Shown: positions 9,407-19,470, counted from the stretch's first letter. The stretch: DNA of 43,541 nucleotides from an uncultured Bacilli bacterium (GCA_944329355.1 CALVID010000006.1:1-43541), one strand, 5' to 3'. Translations and numbers: made by a program. Notes: generated by a model from the sequence alone, not told the origin.

Positions 9407-10600
9407 TTAAAATCTTGAAAAATAAGTTGCTAAACTTGTAAAATCAACAAGTTTAAATCCATCAGCATAATCAAATGTTAAATATGCTGTATCGTCATCA
9501 CTTTTTGAAATATTTTCTTCAGAAAAATAATCTTTAACTGTATATTTATATTCAACATCAACAGTTATTTCTAAACATCCATCTGCATCTACTGATAATC
9601 TATCAACACTTAAATCAGTTAAAGTATACTCTTTAAGTTCATTATTTTTAATAGATCTAGCAAATGATTCATAAGCATCTTCTAAATCAGATAAATCCGC
9701 ACCATCATAATTGAAATCTCCCTTAATATCATTAAAGTTTTTTCCTTCAATGGCCGCTTTATACAATTTTCCAACATAATCTTTAGCCGCCTCTTCTAAA
9801 GCTTTTTCATTTTTATCTGATAATTTTAAAGTATTAATACTTGAACCATAACCACTAACATCAATTGTACTTTCGGTTGTAAGACCATTTTCCAAAGTTA
9901 CAGTAACATCATACTCTCCTTTAAAAATAGCAGGAATTACATAAGTATCATATCTCGTACTATCACTTTCTTCTTTATATTTTTCAGATACTTCCACACC
10001 TTCCAATTTCAAAGATGCACCTTTGAATGTTGTTATTTCATAATCTTCTTCTACTAAAGAACTACCTTGACTAATTTTCCAATTATCAAAAATAAGCATC
10101 TTATTTTTTTTGTCCTTCACCAAATAAATAATTTCATTTAATGGTGTTTGACGTCCTTCCAAAGTATAACTTATTTTTACTTGTGCAGATAACCCATCCG
10201 CAGATTTTTCTTCACTTACAACTTGATAATTAACTAAATCGTCGTTTTCTTTAGTGTCGATTACTTCATTAAAAATTTTTTTACTAGTAAACTCACTATC
10301 AGGAACATCAATATAATCATAAAGTTTATTAGTATCATCATTCATAAGTGCTACAAAATAATCCTCAGCTACTTTTGAAGGTGTATAATTATTAGATAAA
10401 ATTATACCTCCTCCACCTAATATAATTACCAAAGCTACCACTACAACAATAATAATTTTAGTCTTTTTACTTAATGGTTTTTTAGGTGTTTTTGGTAACA
10501 CCACCTTACTTTCCTCAGCTATTTTAGCTCCACAAAACTCGCAAAACTGAGCTCCATCTTGATTCTTTTTACCACATTCTGGACAAAACATATACCCCAC
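9407..10600 (-). CDS. Zinc-ribbon + TM + extracellular domain protein (TcaA/YvbJ-like; start possibly ATG 10591)
   Basis: FCPECG...FCEFCG, one TM helix, NTF2-like segment ending FDNWKI, acidic extracellular domains. Confidence 0.8.
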   Translation of the reverse strand: MGYMFCPECGKKNQDGAQFCEFCGAKIAEESKVVLPKTPKKPLSKKTKIIIVVVVALVIILGGGGIILSNNYTPSKVAEDYFVALMNDDTNKLYDYIDVPDSEFTSKKIFNEVIDTKENDDLVNYQVVSEEKSADGLSAQVKISYTLEGRQTPLNEIIYLVKDKKNKMLIFDNWKISQGSSLVEEDYEITTFKGASLKLEGVEVSEKYKEESDSTRYDTYVIPAIFKGEYDVTVTLENGLTTESTIDVSGYGSSINTLKLSDKNEKALEEAAKDYVGKLYKAAIEGKNFNDIKGDFNYDGADLSDLEDAYESFARSIKNNELKEYTLTDLSVDRLSVDADGCLEITVDVEYKYTVKDYFSEENISKSDDDTAYLTFDYADGFKLVDFTSLATYFSRF

Positions 10601-10660
10601 TCCTTTCTAAGATAAAGTATTCTCTATCTGCTTTAATTATATCCCATAAAACTCATTTTA

Positions 10661-11548
10661 TCAATCATTTTTACAAAATTTATCAAACCCTTCAGTTTTT
10701 ATTATTTTATCACCATCAAGCCATAAAACTTCACTTTTATATTTTTTAGCCAGCTCCCTTCCATCTTTTTCATTCATTAAATATAAACTATTTACAAGCA
10801 TATTGGCAGTTAAATTATCATTAGCAATCACTACTACACTATCATATTTACTTTCTTTCTTTCCAGTTTTGGGATTAACCATATAACTTTTAAACTCACT
10901 AACATTATTTCTTGTAGCAATCGATTTATCTTCTAACTCTACTATTTCTAATATTTCATCAGTATTAGGATTACTAATACTAATCTTGTATTTACCATTA
11001 TCATAATGTTTTCCTACCGTTATATCTCCATTTTCATTTACTATATATTTATATATATCATTTTGTTTAAAATAATATAAAACCTCATTCGTTGCATAAC
11101 TACCAATTATATTATCAAAATTAAAATCAATTTCATTAACTAATTTATCATCTTCAATATTAACCTTTTCTATCTCACTTTTAAATTTATACTCTTTATC
11201 TTCCAAATGTCTAAGTAACTCGCCACTTGTAATATCAATATATCCATCAGTTTTATAATAAATTAATTTGCCATATTCAACTAAAGCTTGTTCGTCTTCA
11301 TCTAATTTTCCACTTAAATTATCAACATTTTTATACTTCTTATATATATTATTTATGTCTTTAGTTAATTTTTTATGATCCACCTTATCATAAACTCTAA
11401 AGGTAATATTTTCCCCATAATAGCTAAAAGTCTCCATATAAGATTCATTCTTATTAAAAAATATAATCCATATAAGCAAAACACAAATTATAAACAAAAT
11501 AATATAATTCCTTTTATCTAATATTTTTTTAAACATACTCTTCACCAT
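10661..11548 (-). CDS. Divergent ApbE-family (FAD:protein FMN transferase-like) protein with degenerate catalytic motifs
   Basis: TDGYIDITSG, VNENGDI, ISISNP, SIAT, MVNPKTG, SVVVIA follow the ApbE motif order; N-terminal TM anchor. Confidence 0.75.
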   Translation of the reverse strand: MVKSMFKKILDKRNYIILFIICVLLIWIIFFNKNESYMETFSYYGENITFRVYDKVDHKKLTKDINNIYKKYKNVDNLSGKLDEDEQALVEYGKLIYYKTDGYIDITSGELLRHLEDKEYKFKSEIEKVNIEDDKLVNEIDFNFDNIIGSYATNEVLYYFKQNDIYKYIVNENGDITVGKHYDNGKYKISISNPNTDEILEIVELEDKSIATRNNVSEFKSYMVNPKTGKKESKYDSVVVIANDNLTANMLVNSLYLMNEKDGRELAKKYKSEVLWLDGDKIIKTEGFDKFCKND

Positions 11549-11607
11549 CTAAAGTATAACAAAAGACCTCGCTTAATAGCAAGATCTACTCTATAATTCA
11601 AATCACT

Positions 11608-12624
11608 TTACTTATTTACCAAATCTTTTTCTAGCACATATTCATAAACTTTTTTTAATTTATAACCGATCTTCTTAATATCTCTTTCTTTAGCTACTTT
11701 ATACCCTTCTAAAGTCAAATCTGGTAACTCATTATTTAAAATTGATTTTATTTTAATTTCAAAATCATCAATATTTTTAGCTTTATAAACATTAACCCCA
11801 TCTTTAAGCCAATCGTCATAAATAGGAATATCACTAATTAATGTTTTAGTTTTCATAGCCAAAGCTTCTAATAACACAATTCCTTCCGTTTCTTCTTTAG
11901 TTGGAAAAATATATAAATCACACCCAGCATATGCGTCTTTTAAAGAAGCACTATCAACATACCCTGGAAAATAAACATTATCTGTTTTATTTTTTATTGC
12001 TTCACTTATTTTAAGAGGAATAAGTGAAGGCTTAGTATACCCAAACCAAATAAATTTATAATTGGGCATTCTTTTAGCAAGTTCCAAAAATTCTAAAATT
12101 CCTTTTCTTTCAATATAAAGCCCAACTGCCATAATGACTTTATCCTCGTCAGAAAACCCATATTCCTTTCTAAATCTATATCTACTATCTTTATCAGCAC
12201 GAAAAAATTCCAAATCAATACCATTAGAAATAGGAATAATTTCTTTACCTAAATCATACTTTTCTAAAACTTTTTTAGAATACTCTGTTGGTGTAATCAA
12301 TAAATCTGCAGACCCGTAACAGAGCTTTAACCATTGACGAAAAAGTGGTGAAACACCGTTTGAAAGTTTAAATGAATTACGAAAATCCTCTTCTGTAGAA
12401 TGGGCATGAAAAATCACCTTTTTACCCATCTGTTTACATCTTTTAGCTAACATTAGCGATTCTGGAAAAATGGTATTAATATGAACTATATCAAAGTCAT
12501 CATTAGGATCAGTAGTATAAGGCACATGAACTAAATCTAAAGCTTTCATTTGATGAACAATAGCCCTTCCAACTCCACTTTTCTCAACATCTTTAAATTT
12601 CCCGGTATGTAACAGTATCTTCAT
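11608..12624 (-). CDS. Glycosyltransferase family 4 (CpoA/Dgs-like glycolipid synthase)
   Basis: SGVGRA, HAHSTEEDFRNSF, ISNGID, ERKG, EETEGIVLLEALA. Confidence 0.9.
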   Translation of the reverse strand: MKILLHTGKFKDVEKSGVGRAIVHQMKALDLVHVPYTTDPNDDFDIVHINTIFPESLMLAKRCKQMGKKVIFHAHSTEEDFRNSFKLSNGVSPLFRQWLKLCYGSADLLITPTEYSKKVLEKYDLGKEIIPISNGIDLEFFRADKDSRYRFRKEYGFSDEDKVIMAVGLYIERKGILEFLELAKRMPNYKFIWFGYTKPSLIPLKISEAIKNKTDNVYFPGYVDSASLKDAYAGCDLYIFPTKEETEGIVLLEALAMKTKTLISDIPIYDDWLKDGVNVYKAKNIDDFEIKIKSILNNELPDLTLEGYKVAKERDIKKIGYKLKKVYEYVLEKDLVNK

Positions 12625-12633
12625 AAATACCTC

Positions 12634-12855
12634 CTAAGTATTCACATTTACTAGTATAACATCTTTGCCAATCTTGTCAATCTGCGACCATTTAATTTTA
12701 ACAGTAGCACCAATGAAAAAAAACAACCTTCTTCTTTGTACATTCATTTCTATAATCTTACCTTCTTTATCTAAACTAACATCAATTATCGAACCAACTT
12801 TCTTCCCATCAAAAACATTTATAATATCTTTGTTTTGTAAATCAGAAAGCATCAT
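12634..12855 (-). CDS. ylmC: YlmC/YmxH family PRC-barrel sporulation protein
   Basis: LSDLQNKDIINVFDGKKVG...IKWSQIDKIGKDVILV; lies downstream of sigG. Confidence 0.9.
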   Translation of the reverse strand: MMLSDLQNKDIINVFDGKKVGSIIDVSLDKEGKIIEMNVQRRRLFFFIGATVKIKWSQIDKIGKDVILVNVNT

Positions 12856-12900
12856 ACTACCACCCAATAAAATATATTCCAAACAAAAAAAGAAAATGTA

Positions 12901-14385
12901 TCATTTCCTAATTTTTTCTGTTTCAAAACTTTCAGAAACTGCAGATTTTAAAACTCCACTCTGTTCAATCTCTGCTTTACGCATTAAAACATTTTTAGCA
13001 AGTCTAAGTTTAAGTAAAGTATAAATAGCTTCTTCTTTTAAAGTATTAGTAATTCTTGTAAAAGGCACACTAGAAATAACCTTGTTCTCATCATCTAACA
13101 CTTTAGAAGTTTTACCCGCCACTTTAAACTTAGTTCCATCTTTAAATTTCTTTCCACAATCGACAATATTAAATTTTTTATTATCAATAACAATATCCCT
13201 TTCAGACTCTAAAGAAAGTGGGTTAGCTAAAATATTAGCCGTTAATTCATTTTTTAAATCAAACGTTGCCCAAGTACCTGTAAAACCAGTCATAGCAAAA
13301 GATTCATCACTCATAACATTAGCCATTTCATTTGTTCTAATACCTTCTGGATGTTTATAATAAACAGCCATAGCCCTATTAACATTTTGGACCCCAGTCG
13401 TATATCCATCTTTATTTTTCTTATACATAATCGTACCATCTGGATTTAATAAAATAGGTGTATTTAAAGCTGGAGTTATCATCTTAGTAATAGAATCATT
13501 AGATAAAAAACCTTTATTCAAAGCATCAAACATTTTAACTAGATCCTTAGAAGTACTAAAAATACCGGCATGTCCTGGATTCAAACTATACCTATTCATG
13601 ATTCTAGCTTTTGGATCATTTATTTCTTCATTTTCCCTCATACCAGTCAAAACGCCAAAACTTCTGTCATATCCAGTTTGTAACAAATTCATCTCATCAT
13701 TAAAGTACTTTTTAAAATATTCATCTGATTCAGGTAAAATATCTTTTAAAATAATAAATGGAATATCACTATACACAAAAGTTTTATCTTTAACAACACT
13801 AGTAGCAGCTAATCTTCTTTGAAGTTCCTCTAACGAAACATTTCCATCTCTTTCATCTAATCTACCATCTGTTCTTAAATCATAATAAAATTTAATCATC
13901 TTTGCTACTGGTATATTTAAATTACTATATTTACCATTTTTATATTCTGATACTAACTTATCTAAATCAAATTCCCCTTCTTCAGACCTTTTTAAAGCCT
14001 CTACTGTAGTAAATAATTTAGTTAAACTTGCTAAATCAAATCTAGTATTTTCATCTACATTTTGACCATTTTCTGCAGTCTTACCATCATAAGTATAAAT
14101 AGACACCCCACTTTTAGCATCTTTAATACCTGTAGAAAGTCCAGGTACAAGCATACTAATACCTTTAACCGTCTTCAAATAATCATCTATAATTGCATTA
14201 TAAACATCATTTGGTGTCCTATCCATCATATCTGCAAGTTCACCTTTTTCCTTATCAAACATTTCTACCAAATAACGATACTCTTGTAATTTACCATTCT
14301 TAACAAGCTCACTAATTAACTTATATTCTTCTTCAGTAATAATTCCTAGATATTGTCCTTTTTCCAACAAACACACCTCTTCCAA
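12901..14385 (-). CDS. Serine hydrolase, beta-lactamase/penicillin-recognising superfamily (true start probably TTG ~14367)
   Basis: FDLASLTK (SxxK), YSD, NDPKAR, GHAGIFST, MTGFTG; no signal peptide. Confidence 0.85.
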   Translation of the reverse strand: MEEVCLLEKGQYLGIITEEEYKLISELVKNGKLQEYRYLVEMFDKEKGELADMMDRTPNDVYNAIIDDYLKTVKGISMLVPGLSTGIKDAKSGVSIYTYDGKTAENGQNVDENTRFDLASLTKLFTTVEALKRSEEGEFDLDKLVSEYKNGKYSNLNIPVAKMIKFYYDLRTDGRLDERDGNVSLEELQRRLAATSVVKDKTFVYSDIPFIILKDILPESDEYFKKYFNDEMNLLQTGYDRSFGVLTGMRENEEINDPKARIMNRYSLNPGHAGIFSTSKDLVKMFDALNKGFLSNDSITKMITPALNTPILLNPDGTIMYKKNKDGYTTGVQNVNRAMAVYYKHPEGIRTNEMANVMSDESFAMTGFTGTWATFDLKNELTANILANPLSLESERDIVIDNKKFNIVDCGKKFKDGTKFKVAGKTSKVLDDENKVISSVPFTRITNTLKEEAIYTLLKLRLAKNVLMRKAEIEQSGVLKSAVSESFETEKIRK

Positions 14386-14389
14386 AATT

Positions 14390-14419
14390 ATTATAAATCA
14401 TATTATAATACTGCGTCAA
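14390..14419 (-). promoter_or_regulatory. Sigma-A promoter of the serine hydrolase gene
   Basis: Minus strand TTGACG-18 bp-TATAAT, followed by SD GAGGTG. Confidence 0.6.
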
Positions 14420-14421
14420 CT

Positions 14422-15147
14422 TTACTCTTTAATACTTTTTCTTACCAATTCTTTAAATAGTTTCAAATTTTCATTTTCTAACTCAGGATGAAATTGTACC
14501 CCAACACACCACCAATCACTTTTACTTTCTAAAACTTCTATAACTCCATCTTCAGAAAAACCCGTAACTTTAAACAAAGCACTTTCTTTGTTTAAAAGTT
14601 CTTCTTTAACCATTGAATTATGAAGTGATGGTACACTCAACACATTTTTTTGATAAATATCATAAATTATAGATTCACTATCTATAAACACCTTATGCTT
14701 AGTCTTGTCAATTTGATCAATAATAAAAGGATCTAAATTATTATGACCTTTTTTATCATATAAATAATATTTTTCATCATTATAATTAAAATTTTCAGCT
14801 ATAATTTTATAATTAATAGTTTTATTATTTTGTCTAAACCATTCATAACCTACCATTGTCTGCATACCCAAACAAACACCTAAAACTGGGATTTTATGAA
14901 TACAAGCATAATGAAGTGCGCATAAATGAGAACTTCCTAAATGAGGACCTCCTTGAATAACTAAACCATCACATAACTTCATTTCCTCTTCATTAAAATT
15001 CTCATCAGGAAAAAGTAACCCAAAAGGAATACCACCTGCTTCTATTATTCTTTTTGGAAAATTATCGACAAATCTAGTTTGACACTCAAAAGGGTCTTTT
15101 TTATCAAATCTCCTAGGAGCTAAAATCCCAATAACTGGTTTTTTCAT
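14422..15147 (-). CDS. Class I glutamine amidotransferase-like gamma-glutamyl hydrolase (peptidase C26 / PuuD-like)
   Basis: MKKPVIGI, AGGIP, QGG, GVCLGMQ nucleophile, QFHPE dyad. Confidence 0.9.
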   Translation of the reverse strand: MKKPVIGILAPRRFDKKDPFECQTRFVDNFPKRIIEAGGIPFGLLFPDENFNEEEMKLCDGLVIQGGPHLGSSHLCALHYACIHKIPVLGVCLGMQTMVGYEWFRQNNKTINYKIIAENFNYNDEKYYLYDKKGHNNLDPFIIDQIDKTKHKVFIDSESIIYDIYQKNVLSVPSLHNSMVKEELLNKESALFKVTGFSEDGVIEVLESKSDWWCVGVQFHPELENENLKLFKELVRKSIKE

Positions 15148-15244
15148 ATACATCACCAACCTTAACCAATAATATTCAAACAAATGGGAAAATATAGCAA
15201 ATCAAATTTTTATTACTTTTATTTTACCATATTAAAAATATATT

Positions 15245-16018
15245 TTATTTAATTAATTTTTTTATTTTAGCTAAACCATTTTTCTCAAGCCTTGATATCT
15301 GAGCTTGGCTTATACCTATCTCTTCAGCTAATTCTGTCTGAGTCCTTCCCATCATATACCTTTCTAAAATAATATATTTTTCTTTATCTTTAATTTTATT
15401 CAAAGCATTTTTCAAAGAAATTTTTGTTTCTAAATCATATACATCATCATCATTTGATAACTGATCAGATAAGTAAATAACATCTCCACCATCATTATAA
15501 ATGGGTTCAAACATACTAACAGTATCTTTAAGTGAATTTAAAGCTTGAATAACTTCCCACTCTGAAATATGCAATCTTTCAGCTATTTCAAAAGTTGTTG
15601 GTTCTTTATTATTTAAAAAAGTTAACTCATCTTTCATTTTCATGGCTTTATAAGCCAAATCCTTAATACTTCTAGATATTCTAAGACTACTATTATCCCT
15701 TAAATATCTTTTAATCTCCCCTATTATCATTGGAACCGCATATGTACTAAAACGTACCTGATGCGTCAAATCAAAATTATCAATGGCTTTAATAAGTCCA
15801 ATTACTCCGACTTGAAACAAATCATCTAAATCCAAAGTTCTTCCTGAAAAACTCTTTAAAACCGATAATACTAATTTTAAATTACCTTTAATAAGTTCCT
15901 CTTTAGCTTGTTCATCACCATTATGATATCTATTAAAAAGTTCTAACATCTCTTCTAAAGATAACACCTTAATACTTGCCGTATTAACGTTTGCTATTTC
16001 AACTTTATGTTTAGCCAT
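15245..16018 (-). CDS. sigG: Forespore sigma factor SigG (start ATG 16018)
   Basis: KVEIANVNTASIKVL N-terminus, GNLKLVLS, DDLFQVG, FSTYAVPMIIGEIKRYLRD, FEPIYNDGGD, ISQAQISRLEK. Confidence 0.95.
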   Translation of the reverse strand: MAKHKVEIANVNTASIKVLSLEEMLELFNRYHNGDEQAKEELIKGNLKLVLSVLKSFSGRTLDLDDLFQVGVIGLIKAIDNFDLTHQVRFSTYAVPMIIGEIKRYLRDNSSLRISRSIKDLAYKAMKMKDELTFLNNKEPTTFEIAERLHISEWEVIQALNSLKDTVSMFEPIYNDGGDVIYLSDQLSNDDDVYDLETKISLKNALNKIKDKEKYIILERYMMGRTQTELAEEIGISQAQISRLEKNGLAKIKKLIK

Positions 16019-16039
16019 AAATATCAATCCTTTCACCCT

Positions 16040-16069
16040 TATAATGGGTAAAAAGAAAATCATTTAAAC
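16040..16069 (-). promoter_or_regulatory. Sigma-F/sigma-G type promoter upstream of sigG
   Basis: Minus strand GTTTA-18 bp-CATTATA. Confidence 0.5.
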
Positions 16070-16618
16070 AAAAAGTTTAAGAACTATTAAAATTATAATA
16101 AAAGGAATCAACAACATAGAAAATAAGATTGCTATTTCCTTATTTGATAAATTGAAAATTTCTTTAAAAACTTTATAAAATAAAAATAAATAAGCAAAAA
16201 TAAATAACCCAATAAAAATATAAACTATAGTTAAAGATAAATTAATAAATAAACAGTTTAACACTAATCCAATTAATAAAACCACATTTAATAAAGACAA
16301 TAAATTAAAAATTAAAGTATACTTTTTTTTCAAAAATTTACTAATGATAAAAGAAATAATAAAGAAAAATAAAATAGAGATTACAAGTCCAATCAAAAAA
16401 TAATTAGTCTCACTAGGTCTACCAGTTGAAGAAGTTATATAGGCTCCTAAAACACCAGTTCCTTCTAAAAAATTATCAGTCGTCAATTCAAACAACTTAT
16501 CTTTATAAAGTGTATAAAAAACACCTATCAAACCACTAGTTAAACCACTAACAATCACTGATACATAAAATAAATTTTTATCCAAATAACTTTTAATTAT
16601 CTTAAACACTAATATCAC
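16064..16618 (-). CDS. Hypothetical multipass membrane protein (start possibly GTG 16609)
   Basis: About five hydrophobic helices; SD AGGTGA. Confidence 0.75.
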   Translation of the reverse strand: MILVFKIIKSYLDKNLFYVSVIVSGLTSGLIGVFYTLYKDKLFELTTDNFLEGTGVLGAYITSSTGRPSETNYFLIGLVISILFFFIISFIISKFLKKKYTLIFNLLSLLNVVLLIGLVLNCLFINLSLTIVYIFIGLFIFAYLFLFYKVFKEIFNLSNKEIAILFSMLLIPFIIILIVLKLFV

Positions 16619-16685
16619 CTATTAAATATTATATCACTTCTAAATTTAAATCTTTAACTTTCTTCATTATAGTACATAAAAACCG

Positions 16686-17579
16686 TCATAAAGTTTGACG
16701 ATTTTCTATAATTTTTTCAATAGGTTTATTTTTAATATGATCACCTATTATTTCTGACACATCAAACACCGTAACAAAAGAAGAAGTTGAAGCTTCGTCC
16801 AAAATATCTCTTAAAATAGATACCTCAAATCTAGTAATAACTGTATAAAGAACTTTTTTATCACCATGAGAAACAATTCCTTCTCCAGATAAAACTGTTA
16901 CTGTTCTTCCAAGCTTTTTAAGGATTGCACCAGCAATTTCTTCTCCATCATTAGTGATAATAAAGGCAGCTTTCGCACTATTAAGACCATCAGATACCAT
17001 ATCTATAACTTTATAAGATACAAAATAAGTAAGTAAAGAATATAAAGCTCTTTCCGCTCCTAACACAAAAATTGCAACACCATAAATAACTACATTAAAA
17101 CAAAATACTACTTGACCAACAGAAATACTTTTTTTCCTATTAATTAAAATAGCTATTATTTCCGTACCATCTAGACAGCCACCTTCTTTAATAATAAGGC
17201 CGCATCCAACACCAAGTAAAATGCCTCCATAAACTGTAGCTAACAAAGTATCTTCAATCAAAGGTGTATAACTACCTAAAACCTCTAATAAAACACTAAA
17301 TAATATCATTCCATACCCAGCTTTAAAGACAAATTTCTTACCAAGCTGTTTATAGCCCAAAATCAAAAATGGTAAATTAACCAAAAATATAATTATACCC
17401 AGTGAACCACCGAATAATGTATTTATAATAATTGAAACACCATTCATGCCACCATCTATCATTGAATTGGGAATTAAAATAAGTTCAAGAGCAATAGCTG
17501 ACATAACCGCACCTAGAGTGATCAAAATTAAAGATAGACAAAAATCCCAATTAACTACCTTATAAGCTTTTTTAGCCAT
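16686..17579 (-). CDS. YitT family membrane protein
   Basis: IDGGMNGVS, NLPFL, GGCLDGTEI, GRTVT, C-terminal DUF2179-like domain. Confidence 0.92.
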   Translation of the reverse strand: MAKKAYKVVNWDFCLSLILITLGAVMSAIALELILIPNSMIDGGMNGVSIIINTLFGGSLGIIIFLVNLPFLILGYKQLGKKFVFKAGYGMILFSVLLEVLGSYTPLIEDTLLATVYGGILLGVGCGLIIKEGGCLDGTEIIAILINRKKSISVGQVVFCFNVVIYGVAIFVLGAERALYSLLTYFVSYKVIDMVSDGLNSAKAAFIITNDGEEIAGAILKKLGRTVTVLSGEGIVSHGDKKVLYTVITRFEVSILRDILDEASTSSFVTVFDVSEIIGDHIKNKPIEKIIENRQTL

Positions 17580-17642
17580 ACCCTTTTACCTCCTATTAAT
17601 ATTATATAGGATTTTTATAGGCTTTAAAAGTTTTTTTACACA

Positions 17643-18719
17643 CTAAACGTCTTCTTTACATTTTTCTAAAATAATCTCTTTATTTTTTACTATTCGCTCA
17701 TCTTCATTTATTTTTAAAGCTTTATTCACATATTCTAAAGCTTTCTCATAGTCCCCTAAATCAAAATAACATAATGATAAAAAATCATATATACTAAAAT
17801 TTGTACTAAACCATTCTGTAATATATGTCTTATAACCTTTTTTTATTTCTAAAGCTTTATTAAAAAGATTAATCGCTTTACTATATTCTTTATTCTCATA
17901 GTAAAAAATAGCAAGTTCTGTATAAGCTTCTTTTAAATGAGGAGCTTCTAACAAAGCTTTTTGATACCACAGTTCAGCCTCCACTGGCCGATTTAAATGT
18001 TTATAACAACGACCAATAAACCTCATAGAAGCACACCTTTCATCTTTCCAAGTAGCACTTTCCAAATTCAAATGTTTTTCTAATGTATCAATAGCCTCAT
18101 TCCATCTTTCATAATACATATATTCTCTACCTAAATAATGCATATTTCTATCATCTAAAGGATCTTCTTTTACCGATAATTCCAATAAAGGCAAATAACT
18201 TCCTCGAGATTTATTTCTATCAGGATAATGATTTAAAACAATACTCTCATCCAAAACTCTTTTTTCAACTCCATCATAACTTAAAACTTCATGTACCGGT
18301 CTTACCCATTTATAACCATATCTTGAATGAATTTTATCAGAATAAAAACTGACAATCGGATTATTATTTTTATCTAAACTCCAGTTAAAAGTATAACTAG
18401 CTCTAGTTGTTCCCTTAACCCAGATTTTTTCTAATTTATCTCTCCAACCTTTTTCAAAAACTTCATCTATATCGGTACATACACATATATCCGTATCCTC
18501 ATCAACCATATCCAAAGACTTGTTTCTCGCCACATCAAATCGCCAAGGATCAATAACTTCTTTTTTTACTATTACCCCAAGTTTTTTTAAAATCTCATAA
18601 CTATTATCAGTAGATCCTGTATCAAGCACAAACACCTTATCCGCTTCTTTAACTGAATTATACCACCTTTCTATAAAAGCTTCTTCATTCTTACATATCG
18701 CATAAACACATACTTTCAT
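17643..18719 (-). CDS. Glycosyltransferase family 2 with C-terminal TPR repeats
   Basis: YAICKNEE, DTGSTD, FDVARN, DIDE, VHE, followed by TPR-like helices (YLGREY, YQKALLE, YEKALEY). Confidence 0.9.
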   Translation of the reverse strand: MKVCVYAICKNEEAFIERWYNSVKEADKVFVLDTGSTDNSYEILKKLGVIVKKEVIDPWRFDVARNKSLDMVDEDTDICVCTDIDEVFEKGWRDKLEKIWVKGTTRASYTFNWSLDKNNNPIVSFYSDKIHSRYGYKWVRPVHEVLSYDGVEKRVLDESIVLNHYPDRNKSRGSYLPLLELSVKEDPLDDRNMHYLGREYMYYERWNEAIDTLEKHLNLESATWKDERCASMRFIGRCYKHLNRPVEAELWYQKALLEAPHLKEAYTELAIFYYENKEYSKAINLFNKALEIKKGYKTYITEWFSTNFSIYDFLSLCYFDLGDYEKALEYVNKALKINEDERIVKNKEIILEKCKEDV

Positions 18720-18777
18720 ATTCTACCCCTCCATAATTAGAATATGATAGTATCCCTTATATAATTATTCATAAACA

Positions 18778-19467
18778 CTAATTTTTATCCAGCAACTTTA
18801 ATTTTCTAATCACTTTCTTCTCTATTCTAGAAATATAAGATTGACTAATTCCCAATAATTCCGCGACATCTTTTTGAGTCATTTCATTACTATTATAAAG
18901 TCCATACCTTAAAACCATTATTTTCTTATCCCTATCGTTGAGTTTTTCAATTTCACCATAAAGCATTTTTTTATTAGTCTCTTCCTCTAATCCTCTAGTT
19001 ACTATATCACTATCGGTTCCCAAAATATCCTCTAAATGTAACTCATTGCCTTCCGAATCAAAACTAAGATTATCTTCAAAGCTGATCTCTCCTCTCCTTC
19101 TTTTATTCTTCCTTAAAAACATTAAAATTTCGTTATCAATACACCTAGAAGCATAAGTAGCCAGCTTTATATTTTTATCCAGTTTATATGTATTAACACC
19201 TTTTATTAAACCAACACTTCCAATACTAACTAAATCTTCTAAATCAACACCTGTATTTTCATATTTTTTAGCCAAAAAAACAACTAATCTTAAATTGTGT
19301 TCTATCAATTTACTTCGAGCTTTTTTATCACCATTCATAGACATTAATACATATTCAACCTCTTCTTCTTTAGAAAGTGGTGCCGGAAGCTTATCCGCAC
19401 TTCCAATAAAAAATATACTATCATTTTCAAAAAATCTCTTAACTAAATAAATTATTTTTTTTATCAT
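18778..19467 (-). CDS. sigE: Mother-cell sigma factor pro-SigE
   Basis: Amphipathic pro-sequence, FIGSADKLPAPL, EDLVSIG, KLATYASRCIDNEILM, TQKDVA..ISQSYISRIEK; directly follows spoIIGA. Confidence 0.96.
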   Translation of the reverse strand: MIKKIIYLVKRFFENDSIFFIGSADKLPAPLSKEEEVEYVLMSMNGDKKARSKLIEHNLRLVVFLAKKYENTGVDLEDLVSIGSVGLIKGVNTYKLDKNIKLATYASRCIDNEILMFLRKNKRRRGEISFEDNLSFDSEGNELHLEDILGTDSDIVTRGLEEETNKKMLYGEIEKLNDRDKKIMVLRYGLYNSNEMTQKDVAELLGISQSYISRIEKKVIRKLKLLDKN

Positions 19468-19470
19468 TCT

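Noticed and set aside
2937-14289. Short antisense ORFs (2937-3146, 6050-6265, 7184-7369, 12134-12319, 12665-13024, 13082-13360, 13598-13822, 14062-14289)
   Set aside because: They overlap well-supported genes on the opposite strand and lack SDs or motifs; shadow ORFs.
12901-14385. Antibiotic-resistance beta-lactamase
   Set aside because: No signal peptide, non-canonical second and third motifs, and no mobile context.
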